From positions 1 through 50,817 of the forward strand of contig KZ538737.1 in the NCBI GenBank assembly GCA_000934665.2: a DNA stretch of 50,817 bases, given 5' to 3'. A model generated the notes under the pieces. It was given only the letters and a program-made list of their open reading frames with translations. It made no database searches and was not told where the DNA came from. Source of the DNA: Catajapyx aquilonaris. Lineage: Eukaryota. The translations under genes were made by a program, and so were the position numbers. Positions 10,150-23,100 of this stretch are shown here, one piece after another. Within the stretch, counting starts at the first letter, position 1. Each line of letters begins with the position of its first letter.

Positions 10150-13100
10150 ATGGCGGCGCTGGCGGAGGGTGTCCAGTACGGGCTGTCTTCGTCGTCGCAA
10201 CAATGCGGCGGCCCCGGTGCGGCTGCAAGTGGTGGTGGGGGTAGTGCGAGTGGCGGTGGTGGCTCGTCGTCAAGTGCCAACAACAAGACTCATGTGTTTG
10301 TCAAGCTCACGGACTCGGCGCTTAAGGCCATCGAGGACTTCCTCAGGATACAGGTGAGTTGGCCTGCTGGCCACCTTCCGGGAGGGGGGGCACTAGCTAA
10401 GGGGGGAATGGCACTTGTGGAAAGACAAAAAATTGGTACGAAAATTATTGGAAAATGTGTTCTAAAATAAGTTCCAAATATTAACAAATTGGGGAAAAAA
10501 ATAGACATGAAAATTATTAACAACTGTGAAAAAAAATGGGCAGTAATGTACGAAAAGGCAAAATATGTATGAAGAGAGCGCAGAGACAAATGTGGGTATT
10601 GCTTGTAATTAAATTGTGCAATCACAGCTGCGTGCACTGTTGGCAACTATTAGAAATTGTGACAATTAATTTGGGTGCGGATGCGCTGTTGGCAACGTAT
10701 TAGAAATAGCAACAATTGGGCAATTGAGCGAACATGCCACACGTACATTTTGTACTTGACAATAATCGTGTAATTTCATACCGCGTAATATTTAAATGGT
10801 GTGCGACTTTACAATATTACACAGACTCAATTGCACGTTACGGTACTTGTTGCCAGCACTTGGCACAGTTCGATACCAGACCCATCGTCAGACTGGTGCT
10901 GCTCGCAATTGTTGCAAGATGTCTTTGATAAGTTGCGGTTGAATCGAGCAGATGGTTCGTTTCAATGATTGGTTCAATCTGGTTCAATATTTATTTTAAC
11001 AAATTCTGTGCTAACATTGGTTGTGTGAAAAAAAAAAAAAAAAGGTGTGGAAATTATGCCACAAGGTGTATGACGTTGTGAAAAAAAAATTGTTGTGTGT
11101 CGAATAAGCGAACATGATGTTATTGAAATGTACAGCCACATATTGTAAGGTCAAAGCGAGGTGGGTTGTACGTTCAAATGTGTTTTTTAAAAAGAGCAGT
11201 TTCAACGCCAGCTGTTTCAAATCCATTAACCTGCTTTACTGTCGCTATCAAGTAAGGCTTGTCAAATGCAAACCTTTTATATTTTTTTTGTAGCTAATTA
11301 TTTGTGGAAGTGCTTACTGCCAGTTATTATCTCAAGATTGCGCAACCGTAATCCGTGCTAATAACGTATGAAATGTGCGGCTGAAGCTCGTGTCAACTGT
11401 ACGCAGAATTATGCAACAATTGCGCAATCGCTTCAATTGCAATTATTATTTTTAAAAACCCATTGCATATATTTAAAAACAAAAAAATTGCTGATTAATT
11501 GTTGCAAGTTGAACCCCAGCACAGCCATTTTGAAGTGCAGGCCATTTGTGAAAGTCTCAGCGCAACCATATGTTTTTTTTTTCTTGTGCACCGCTGCACC
11601 CTCTTCCAACTGTTGATTGGTCGCTTGTGCTATTGTTGCATTAATTCTTGATCAGCTGAGACTACGTGCTGGGCTCGATTTAAAAAGAAAAAAAAAACAG
11701 CGATTAACTTTTATCTTATCCTACTTCTGTCGTGACATTTGTAACGAGTTTCTGACACTTGCGATGCCACGAGGACTGTTACCAGCATTACAATTGTGCG
11801 ATTTTTGTACCGTGCCCTACATTTTTAAGATACGTCGATTGCTTATTTTAACAACAATGCGGAAGCCTCTCGATGTAGGACAATGCGCTAACTATTTTAT
11901 TAATGGACAGTGTTATGAACAAACACATTTCGCACATTTTGACGGAATTGTTGTCTTGGGTGTACTGATCTGAAAGGGTAAACAAGCCGCATTTTCTTTT
12001 CATATATAAGTCATTGTCTCCGCAGCTGACAATAGCAGAAGTTTACCTCGAGAAAATGATATGCGTACAGGTAGAAGAAAAAAAAAATGTGCGTAGGTGG
12101 CGTCTTGAAGCGATGGAGGTAATGGTGTCAACTGAATATTGTAGGAAGAAGCAGACAATTTATTGGACATACATATGCGAATTTGTGTTGCGCACGTCTT
12201 TAACGTTGAACATTTGGCTGTTGCATTAAAATGACATAAACGTGCGACTTGCGATGTACGATTTGTTCAGTAGCCTTGTTTCTTTCAATATTCATGTACC
12301 TCGTCACATGTTTTAAGCAAGCAAACAGTACGCATATGGCAGGTTCCTGGTGGCGACATCAGTTACAACGCTGCGTCAATAGAACTTGGGCAGACGACTG
12401 TTGTCAAAGGCAGTTACGCAGCAATTTTTTTTTTGCTGTATTATTCATCCGCGTTAGGTACAGACCAATAACGAACCTTTTGTGTGCGGAAAGATTGCGG
12501 CATATCCTGAGGGAATTTTTCTGTGGGCACGACTTTAATGCAATTGCTAGGCTTGGTTTTTGAGGCGGTTTTAAGCTCCTTCATCCAGTCATGAGACTGT
12601 AAAAAAATATATATACCTCTCTCTTTGCCCCCATTTTGTTGCCTAGAGATAAAAAGGTATGTCGTATGCTGCAGGTTTTATTTGTGATGAAACAGTTGCA
12701 TTTATATCGTACCAACATGATTTGTTTTAAGAAACTGTTGAACGTAGCCAATGCGGCCATTAATCCAATTTATTTTCAGTTGTCATAATCATACGAAGAT
12801 GCCGTAGCCGTGTTGTCCCAATGCGGTATTAATTTAATCAAATTTATTTTCAGTAGTGGTTATAAGGCGATGCCGCTACTAGTTGGAGACCTGTTTAAAA
12901 AAAAATTAAACCACATGTCAGTTTACAGCAGGCGTGGCTTTTCAATTGAAATGCCAGGCCTCCCCCCAAAAAAGTCATGCTTGAATCAACAATTTTTTTT
13001 TTTTTCTTCTTTCCCAAGTTGGAATTTAGTCACAGGCCATTAATTTTTATTGGGAAGGCAAAAGTTTGGTTAGATAGTCCCAACTTATGTAGTAACCCCT

Positions 13101-16100
13101 GGGATTTGGAGAGCACCTTTGGGCAACGACAAAAGTGTACAGTTACTTTTCAGGTTGCGCATAGTGTTTCTCTCTCTCTCTCCCATGCAAAGGAATTTGG
13201 ACGTCGGCTGATTGAGTAGAAGCCGAGTGAAACTGGAGTGGGGCTGGGTCTTTCTTATATTCCATTAGCCGCACATTATTGATCACAATAATAATCTATT
13301 TACAGCGTCAAGTAGTATCCTGTTTATAATAATGTAAAGTAACGTCAGCGTTTAATATTAGAATCTGTTTAGAAGGCTAAGCCCCTAAGGTACTTTTTGA
13401 GGGGAGTTGAACCTTGACAAGAAAAACCAGAGCTGACACCACTGTTGGAATGCACGTGAAAGTGTCAGCTCCCCCCTGATTATTTGCAAGGACTTTTATC
13501 GAGCGCCTCAACTTTTGAAGACTAAATTTTTTTCTTCTCTCTCTCTTCCAGTACGTGCCATGACTTTTTGTACGCACTCAGTATCGCCATACCATTTTGA
13601 TATTAATAAACTTCTCTCTCGACCAGATAGCAACTTGAAGCGACCTTGGCAGTGCCCCACCCGTGGCTGGTTTTGTGATGAAATGTCTCTCGGTTACAGT
13701 TAGCTATTGGGACTGTGCTTAGTACCTGTGCGGTTGGGTAATTAGTCATGTAGGGTACCGTTTGTTTACTTTTGTAAATGAGCCTGGGTTGCTAATGCAT
13801 ACATTAAATTATTTTTTTAAAAGTGCGGTTGAAATCTATGCAGCAGCTCCGTTACATATGACGGTCTATTTCACAGAAGCACATGCAGCGTGCCAATGTT
13901 CGTGCATATAAATAGGTATTACATAATTGCCCACTCCGCACACAGGTCTTATATTTTGTGTACAGTTGTTTTTCTGACATTAATTTTTAAAATATTCAGT
14001 GTAGAAATAATTTATTGCAGCTCCAGTTAGTCTTGGACGTTGCACAATTATTTTGTGTGCATATAGTTTTGGCGTAATTTTTTTATTTTTTGAACCAAGG
14101 GCAAAATTTTCTTGATCGGGAAAGTTTCAGATGGGATAAGATGCCGATGACGATTGTTGATGATGATGATGGTTGGTGGTGGTGATGATGATGGAGGCCG
14201 AGAGATGTGGAAAGGAAAGGGGCTCCAGAGAAGTGAAAGTTGTGGAGCGAGCTTGAGGGCCGTCCAAAAGAGATCTCTGCAGAGACTATGCCCCTTTCTC
14301 TCATTTTTATCCATAAGCAAAAAAAAAAAACCCCTTTCTGAAGACTTTTAATAAACGGCAAAAAAATAAATAAATTCAAGAGTGGCTTAACTAATCCGTT
14401 TTTACCAGGTGGCGACTGCGTGCAATCTGCGACAAATAAAACACACGGAAATGTCCGTATAGAAAGCTTAGAGGTAAACGTACCTCATATATATGTGACT
14501 AAGTAAATTTCTTTCAATTCAATTGTGCATTCCTATCATAAGCTAGTGAAAACCTGAGGGGTCGTAATGACCTGTCAGCACTTCCCGTAGTAATAAAATA
14601 TGCTTTCAGAACCTTTTGTCGCCTTGTTACTCCCTCCCTCCAAATTGTAATGCCACTTGGTTATGACCACTCTGTATGTTGCACTGTGAGAAAGGTACGG
14701 TAGAACAATAAGTCGATTTTATACTCAACTTCTCTTATTTGAAAGTGCAGCAATTGTCAATCACATTGATGAAATAGTATACCATACCGTACAAAATTGG
14801 TCGTAAAATTAGCAAACAAACGGACTAATTTTGCCTTTTATATGTGTGGAAAGACTAGCAGGGGAGCCCGTTTCCTTGGTAATCAGCAACAATCATGGCA
14901 CCATAGATGATGCTGTTGACCATCATTGTTGCCATGGATTTCAGTTGCCATGGACAAACAAACAAAACTTTTGGTTACCACTCCGTACATGAAATTGGTT
15001 TGAAATTGGGTATGAAATGAGACAAACAAACTTTGCCTTTTTTATATGTGAAGGGTTCGGGAGGAAAATATATGTTAACAGCCAGTAGCGGTTAACAGGT
15101 TTTTCTTCCGAGCCCTTCGTATATGGATGAGTATATCAATTATTTAAGAAAAAATTATAATAATGTGTCATGCTGTTTTACAGTGATAAAGTTTTGCATA
15201 TGCAGCTAGAGCCTTGAGATGTGCCATGTCAGCACCTCTGTATGTCACGATGCAGGTATTGTACGTGTGACATGCTACGTGCAACTTGAACTGCACACAT
15301 CCATATACACAATCATATGCCATGTCGTAAGCCACCCACTTGATAAAACATGTGCAATAAAAATGCAAAGCATTTGGTATCTCGATTCCGCAATAATTAG
15401 ACATGACAATGTGCATTAAAAAAAAACCTGTGCATAACAATGTAATCCTTCATTTTTTTTTAAATGTCAAGTAATCACACTTTGATAAGTGTTTTTGATA
15501 CATTTTTTTTTCTTTTTTAGAAACTGAAAACTAGGTGGAGAAAGAGGGTGGGAACTGAAAACTTTCTTTTTGAGAAAATTTGACCCACATAGTTGCCACG
15601 TGCCCCCCCAACAGTTGACCTTCTGATAGCTTCCGGAAATTTTTGTGCTGTCTTTTTTTTTTGTTTTTTGCGTGTTTTTTTTGGGTGGGGGGTAATGTGA
15701 CCGACCCTTACTTTTGAGATGGAACCGACTTTGGAAGGTTATAAGGTCAACAGCCTGGGGTTTTGTTGGCCCACGTCCCAAAAGTGTTATTTGGACAGCT
15801 GAGAAGTAAAGTCATTATCCAAAAAAAAAACTGATGGATTTTTGAATAATTTTTTATAAAAATCCGGTGTTGCCTTTTACATTAGTTAAAAGTACTTCCG
15901 AGACTTCTGGCTACATAACAGATAAAACTATATCTGTGACGTGCATAATGACGAGTGTTGAAGATATGGCAGCCAAACATGTGTACCTTTTTTTTTTTTG
16001 AATGGGGGGGTTATTGTCAAGTCACCTTCCCCCCACCGGGTCCTTGAGGAGGTCAAAACTCCTGATGAATAAATATCTGGGGGTTCCTTCCTGTTACTTT

Positions 16101-17124
16101 GATGATTTGGCAACGTTGGCAAACCACATTGTTGCCATCACTTAGTCAGACAATATCTGCTAATTATCGATATGGTTTTTCCCCCCCACCATATTTATCA
16201 GCCCCCAGTAATTGAGTTGAGGTCAAAATGTGATGACCATGTGAGGACGACGTGATTTTATGGCGACAACATCGGAAAATGGCAACGCCGCGGCCAGGTT
16301 GCCAGATTTTTGGGTTTGTTGCAGAATTTATTTACAAATTGGTGGGGGGTGGGTTGTACCCACGGGTATTTTGTCGAGGGGGGTATGGTCTCCAGTGTCC
16401 TGAGGTTTCATTGGGGGGTAGCAATGTCTGCGGTCAAACCTCTGAAGGTCGGCTAGCGGACAGGGGGACGGAACGTCGACTAAATTGTGCATGGAAATCC
16501 CCCCATGTGGCCATGATATTTTCTTCGAAAACCCTTGGGTTTTTGTGGCCAGGGTTACAAAGCTCCAGATGAGCTTCTAAAGGTACTATAACACGCAAAA
16601 AGATTGTCGCACTTATCCGTCAGTCGCGGACACTAGACGGATACAGTGCGACAATCTTTTTGCGTGTTATAGTACCGTGTTGTAGTACGAGTCAGTGAAG
16701 GTGGTCATACGGAGGAGAGATTCTTAGGTACTATAACGCGCAAAAAGATTGTCGCACTTACCCGTGTAGTGTCCGCGACTTGTTTACAACCAGAGCCAGT
16801 GGTCATCCGGATGCATATAGGCAAACCCCAAGTGGTCCCCGCAACCGCCCCACCTACTCTCATAGGTTTTTGTATCCGCTGAATATGGGCTGTATCCGCT
16901 GAATATGGGGCTGTATCCGCAAGGAAGGTTAGGTTGGGTTAGTACCCCTACCCGCTGCAGAAGATAGGCCTGTATACGGTGAAGGTGGGGCTGTATCCAC
17001 TGAAGATGGGGCTCGATCCTCAAGGAAGGAATGTTAGGTTGGATTGGGTCAGTACATCGTATCCCTACCCCCTGCTGAAGATAGTACTGTATCCGCTGAA
17101 GATGGGGCTGTACCCACTGAATAT

Positions 17125-17157
<33 letters not shown>

Positions 17158-20100
17158 TCATATCCCGTTATCAGCCTATCGGCTGTTTAGGGGGAAAGTT
17201 TGTTTTTGCCTGGAACTCTTTGCTTTTCACTTTACTGTGCTCTTTGGGATAGGATAGGGACGGAAGGAAGCGGCTGTGGCCTATTAATTGCGGAAGCAAC
17301 TCCGGAATTTTCCTGGAAGGACCATGGGAAACCACAGAAAACCACGGTCAGAGTTGCCGGCCCCGGGATTTGATCCCAGGACCTCCCGATTAGCAGTCGG
17401 ACACCATATCCCCTACTCCAGACTGCTTCGGTGTATCGACTGAATATAGGGCTGTATCCGCTGAAGATGGGGCTGTATCCGCAAGGAAGGAAGGTTAGGT
17501 TAGGGCCGGTTGCAGGGACCACTTGGGGTTTGCCAATATGCCATCCGGAGGCAAACTTTAGGTTCGCTCTTTTTCAGATACTGCCTCGTGGCGCCACAAG
17601 TACCCCCCCAACATGGCAACATTCCAGTGTTGCCAGACAGAACGTAACTCACACGTGGTTCGTAATACCCAACACAACATATATGAATCACTGGCGTAAC
17701 GGAAAGGATCACACGAAATTTGCATAATGACCTCCTGAGATCTGAACATTTTTTTCTGCTGACTTGATTAATTAGTTATTGAGATACGGCGTTGCCATTT
17801 TTTTTTTGCTGACTAGTCCGGGTGTTAGATCCGGATCTTTCTGACGTACCAGGGGAAAACAAATTATGTTTGTAGTCCTGTAACCGATATATACACACAC
17901 AAGTGCGCCGGCTTTTAGTTTGACGTCATATGATCGCGTAACACGGATTAAAAAACCTAATCGTATGGAAATAGTGTTTGGTTCTTTTTTTGTGTGTATG
18001 TGTGAAGAGGTCATAGGTCGTAACAATGACTGTGAATGCCCTCCACTGTATGTCAATTGGCATGTAATTTTTTTTTTTGTTGCATTTTTACCAGAAGTTC
18101 AGTGTGCTAAATGTACCCTTTTATTTTTCGCAGAACAAGACTGCCGAACAGCCAACGATACAGTTCCTGGGAAATGAAGGGGTGAGTACCCTACCTTTTT
18201 TTTTTGGAGTGTACAGGACCTTAATTGCGCAGTGCGGTGTTGCCATATGGTGGGGGTTTATTAAAATAATTTTTATTCCCCCGCCGTTTTTAAGAGGGGG
18301 GTATTCTTCTCTCAAGCTGTGTAATTACCAGGGACTATAAATAATGGAATGGTTATAGCCTAGGGGGAAGAGGGGTTTTAAGGTGTCATTAGTCAATGCA
18401 AATGAGCTGGGGACTGGCGCCAATTGGTAACAAGATCAATCGATTTTTTTTTTCTTTCCTTCTTCTAAAGTCTGGGGCGATTAGATTAGCATTTTCTTTC
18501 TGCTAATAAAAAGTAGGCGACTTGTATAGTTTGCTATAGGCCACCTAAAAATAAATGAGAGGCCTATTGTTGTGTCTGTATGCTGTGTGACAATTACATT
18601 CTCAGCCAAAGTCCCCGGAAGAAGTTACGTAGGAAATGGGGTGTATTTAAGAAGAGGGCCTTGGACAAGAATAGTTTTAAATATGTCTTCAGGGGGGGCA
18701 AGTGCAGGAGTGGAAATGAGCCTTCACTATAGTGTCTAGACCCTATTGTTTTCGATGCCATCTGGAAAATAATTGTCGCGAAAAAAAAAAAACAATCAGT
18801 ATTGTTCTGATCGATTTCCGGATCCTTAGGTGTCGTTGCCACCAAGTGTTGAAATAATAAATAAGCAATTTTCCAGGTACCATATGTGAGTGCATGGTAA
18901 ACAAATCTTGCCTGGTTGTGACATAAATTGGTTGACGTCAACTTTGATTCTATTTGAATCACAATATGTGCCCAACTGAGCGATCTAGTCTGTAATGTTA
19001 AGAGAAATCCAAGATGGCCGCGATAGCACTTGAAGTGTGGCCAGATGGGCATATTTGAAAAATTCCAAGATGGCCGCCATCACACTTGCAGTGTGGGCAG
19101 CTGGTCCGAATTTGATAAAAGCCAAGATGGCCGCGATTGGAACTGCAGTGTGGCCAGATGGGCATATTTGAAAAATTACAAGATGGCCGCCATCACACTT
19201 GCAGTGTGGGCAGCTGGTCCGAATTTGATAAAAGCCAAGATGGCCGCGATTGGAACTGCAGTGTGGCCAGATGGGCATATTTGAAAAAATCAAGATGGCC
19301 GCGATTGCACTTGCAGTGTGGCCGGATGGGCATATTTGAAAAATCCAATATGACTGCGATTGCACTTGCAATGTTACCAGATGGTCCGCATTTTATAAAA
19401 ATCCAAGATGGCCGCGATTGCAATTACAGTGTGGCCAGATGGTCATACTTTAAAATACAAGATGGCTGCACTTGCAGTGTTACCAGATGGCCCGAATCCT
19501 AAAATCCAATATGGCCGCGATTGCACTTGCAGTGTGGCCAGATATTTCACTTGCAATTGAGCATATATGTTATAAGGGAATGGCTGTGTTCAATGCAAAC
19601 CAGGTGGGCACACAACAAATTCACGATATCTATTGATAGGCTAGCCCAGCAGGTTTAGCCAGGCTAGCAAAAGTAGGGTGATACAAGTCCAGGAATAACC
19701 GATCGAAATGGTCCTTCACCTGCTCATATAGGACAGGTAGGATTTATTCGTTGGGACCGGTATCAAGGGGGGTGGCTATAGGAGAGAGAAAATGCAGTCT
19801 TTATGGGGGCTTGAAGAGGGTTGAAGGGGGGGGGGGAGGGGTTTTCGTGGTGGAGGGGGTAGATAAAAGGGACAACTTTCCCTGGCTTAAACTCACGGCT
19901 GACNCCCAGCCAAACTACCCCCCCCCCCCCTCACATATACGCATAACTCGCCCAAGCAATTTTCAGAATGTTTACTACAGTGCAACAATATGAGGAGATT
20001 ACGCCCACGTAGTTATTCGAAATGTCAAGTTATTATGGGATGCGTGTGGGTGGGTTAATTAGCGCGGATTTTGTGCGTGGGTGGTGTTTGAACATGTGTG

Positions 20101-23100
20101 GTCAACTTTTGATCTATTTGAATCACAACTTTTGTGCCCAACTTTAGTCTGCGAGCATGTGGTTTAAAAAAAAAAATCCAAGATGGCCGCGATCGCACTT
20201 GCAGTGTAGCCAGGTGGTCCTAATATCAAATTCAAAATGGCCACACTTCCAATGTTGTCTGATGGTACCAGGGAGCATATACTACATAAGAGGCGCAAAC
20301 ATTCGATTTTTTTCGTCTCTCTGTTTATCGCGTTGCCAAGGCTGGCGGCCATCTTGAAGTGTGTGGTATGTCAACGAGGTATAAATAGGGTACAGGCAGG
20401 CAGTCATGGTCCGCGGGGGTCCGCCATCTTTGATAGTTTTGGCTGCCATGGAAATACACGGCAATAACAATTTACTTACCCATTTTCCAATATCGAATTC
20501 AAATTCGCGCGTGTTCTTGCAGTGCAGTTGCCATGGCAGCCAAAACCATCAAAGATGGAGGACCTTATTTTTGCCTGTACCCTATTTATACCTCGTTGGT
20601 ATCCCACACACGTCAAGATGGCCGCCGGCCTTGGCAACACCCTATAAACAGAGAGACGCGAACAACAATGGCCCGACAGAAGTTTGCGCCTCTTATTTTT
20701 AAAATCCAAGATGGCCGCGATCGTAATATATTGTAGTGTTGCCAGGTGGTCATAATATAAAATTTAAAATGGCCGCACTTGCAATGTTGCTGATGGTACG
20801 ATTTTTTAAAAACCAAGATGGCCACGATCGCACTTGCAGTGTAGCCAGGTGGTGCGATTTTTAAAAATCCAAGATGGCCGCGATCGTAACTTTAGTGTTG
20901 CCAGATGTTTTGCAGTGTTGCCAGGTGGTCATAATGTAAAATCAAAATGGCCGCACTTGCAATGTTGCCAGGTGGTACGTTTAAAAAATCCAAGATGGCT
21001 TCTATCGTACAGTGTGGCCAGATGGTCCGATTTTTTTTAAATCCAAAATGATCGCGATTGCAGTGTTGCCAGATTTCGTATGCTGCCTGAGAGAACATAC
21101 CAATATGCATCATTGCAGTTAATGTATTCCGTTTATGAATAATGAAGGCAATCTCTGGAGGTTTCCAATTTTTTAAAAAAATTTAAAAGGCGAACGTTAC
21201 GGGTAATGTCACAAAGAGAATTTCTGATGCAGGGTTGTGACGTCAATCGATGTAATTTTTTTTTGCGCATAATTATTATATTATGTAATTGCATGGGTCA
21301 GAAAATTTTTATCGAACCCGGACTACTACAACCTGGACTAAATAAGTTTCTTATCAGACTCAGTGACGCAGGTGTTAGCTCTAGAGGTGTGAGGGTATCA
21401 TGTCTTGAAGGGGAGTGGGGTGGGGGTGGGGGCAAGTAATTAAGCAACAGTTGTGGAAGGCCAGCCGGTTTCATGACCTTGCCCTGTTCATAGTTTTTTT
21501 ATNCACACACACACACAAAAAGAAGACTGTTAAAAAATTTAAGTAACAATCGTTATGTAACACCCTGTCCTTGGCTGAGTTCGTTGTCGCTACAAATTTC
21601 GACACTTCACAGTATGACCTTCAAAAAAAATAGTGTCCGGCATGAAATGTAATTTAAATGTGCAGTTGTTTTTTTTTTGCATGTTCAACAGTTGAAGGTC
21701 ATTAAAAGGCGACCTTTAAATTTTCATCTTCCTGGATTTGTTGTTTTGTGGCGATTTAAAATTAATATGGGCATATTGTGTAAGTTAATGGCTTGTCAAT
21801 AGAAGATAGGGATTATCACGTGGGGTATACGACCTTGAGAAGGGCATTGTTGCAAATTTTTGGGGGATGGAAATTGTTGCAAAATTTTACGTTGGGTGTG
21901 TGTCACTTTTTTTAAAATATAAAAAGGTAAAAAAAGTGGCGCAATCAGATAAATTGCGACGTAATCAAAATTCGTCGAAGCCACAAATCAAAAGGAGATC
22001 AAAGGTGCTAGGCAATTCAATGCGTCTATAGCTGACATATACTCAAGGTCAAGTTCGTGTAAACTGCGTATTAATCTAGCCACTGGCACGTTTGCTGATG
22101 CTGTTGGGAATACCCCCTCCTGAGGGTAACAGTACGTCGAAATTAATTGCGAATATGACTACCCATGTCGTTAAAATTAAGGGGGGGGGTTAATTTTTTT
22201 GATGGATTTTTTTTTTGCACAATGTATGTGACATATATGACGCAGGTGTGACGTTTTTTTCGTGGTGGTCAATAAACTCATATTCGTGTTACTGTGCGAA
22301 AGTTGAAAAAAAATGGGCGTTAGAGAGCGTGCGAATTTTTCAGTGGCAGCTTACGTAATTGCAAATTTTTTATATGCATGTGCTGCTGCATTGCTTATAT
22401 TTGTGTTGCGATAACAATGGTAAGGTGGGAAAAAGGGCGTTCAAAAATTTTCCGTACTTGCCAAATTTTTTTTTGTGGAGGTTCATCGGCCAATCACGTA
22501 ACTAGTCGATTATTTGCCAATTGGTCATTTTGCCAATTTTTCTGATGGGAGACGCAAAAATAAAATTTCATTGCTGTTTTTTTTTTTTGAAACTGGTTTT
22601 GTGCATAATGTCTTTTGATGTGAATACCGGTATACCTTTTTTAGTCGTTACGTTCCTGTGAGACTGGTTTTCAGGCCGTTGTAACGTACAAAATATACCC
22701 GGAGGGGGGGGCTTATATTTCAACCCCCCCAGGCCTATTGTTGCAAAAAAATGTCTCAGAATTATGAGAAAACTGGTGTCATACTGAAGTGTTATTGTTA
22801 GATTTTTTTTTGCCACCTGATGTTTTGTGCAGACTTTTTTATAGTAAGGTGTGACAGGTGTCATAACGACAGAAAGTTGGTGGCCCATAGGAGAAAGTTT
22901 TGCGAAGTAACAAAAAAAAAGAGAGGAACATTACGCAGCTATTGAGTGGTTTTCATGGTTACAGCTTTTAATGGTTGGTGACGTAACATGGGGGGGTTGT
23001 AAAAATGGCAAAAAAAATTGTGTCGCAATTTCTTTTATTGTATGGCCAATAGTGTTTTATTGGTTCGCGAAATTTTGGTAGAAGGGCGGGAATATGTTGC

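Noticed and set aside
9726..10357. Overlapping ORFs around ELL exon 1 (poly-E, poly-G, poly-P)
   Set aside because: Products of a GC-rich 5'UTR with a (GGA)n microsatellite; only ATG 10150 gives the ELL N-terminus.
17360..17432. tRNA gene on the minus strand
   Set aside because: Degenerate boxes, no clean cloverleaf, and continuous with a SINE body and tail.
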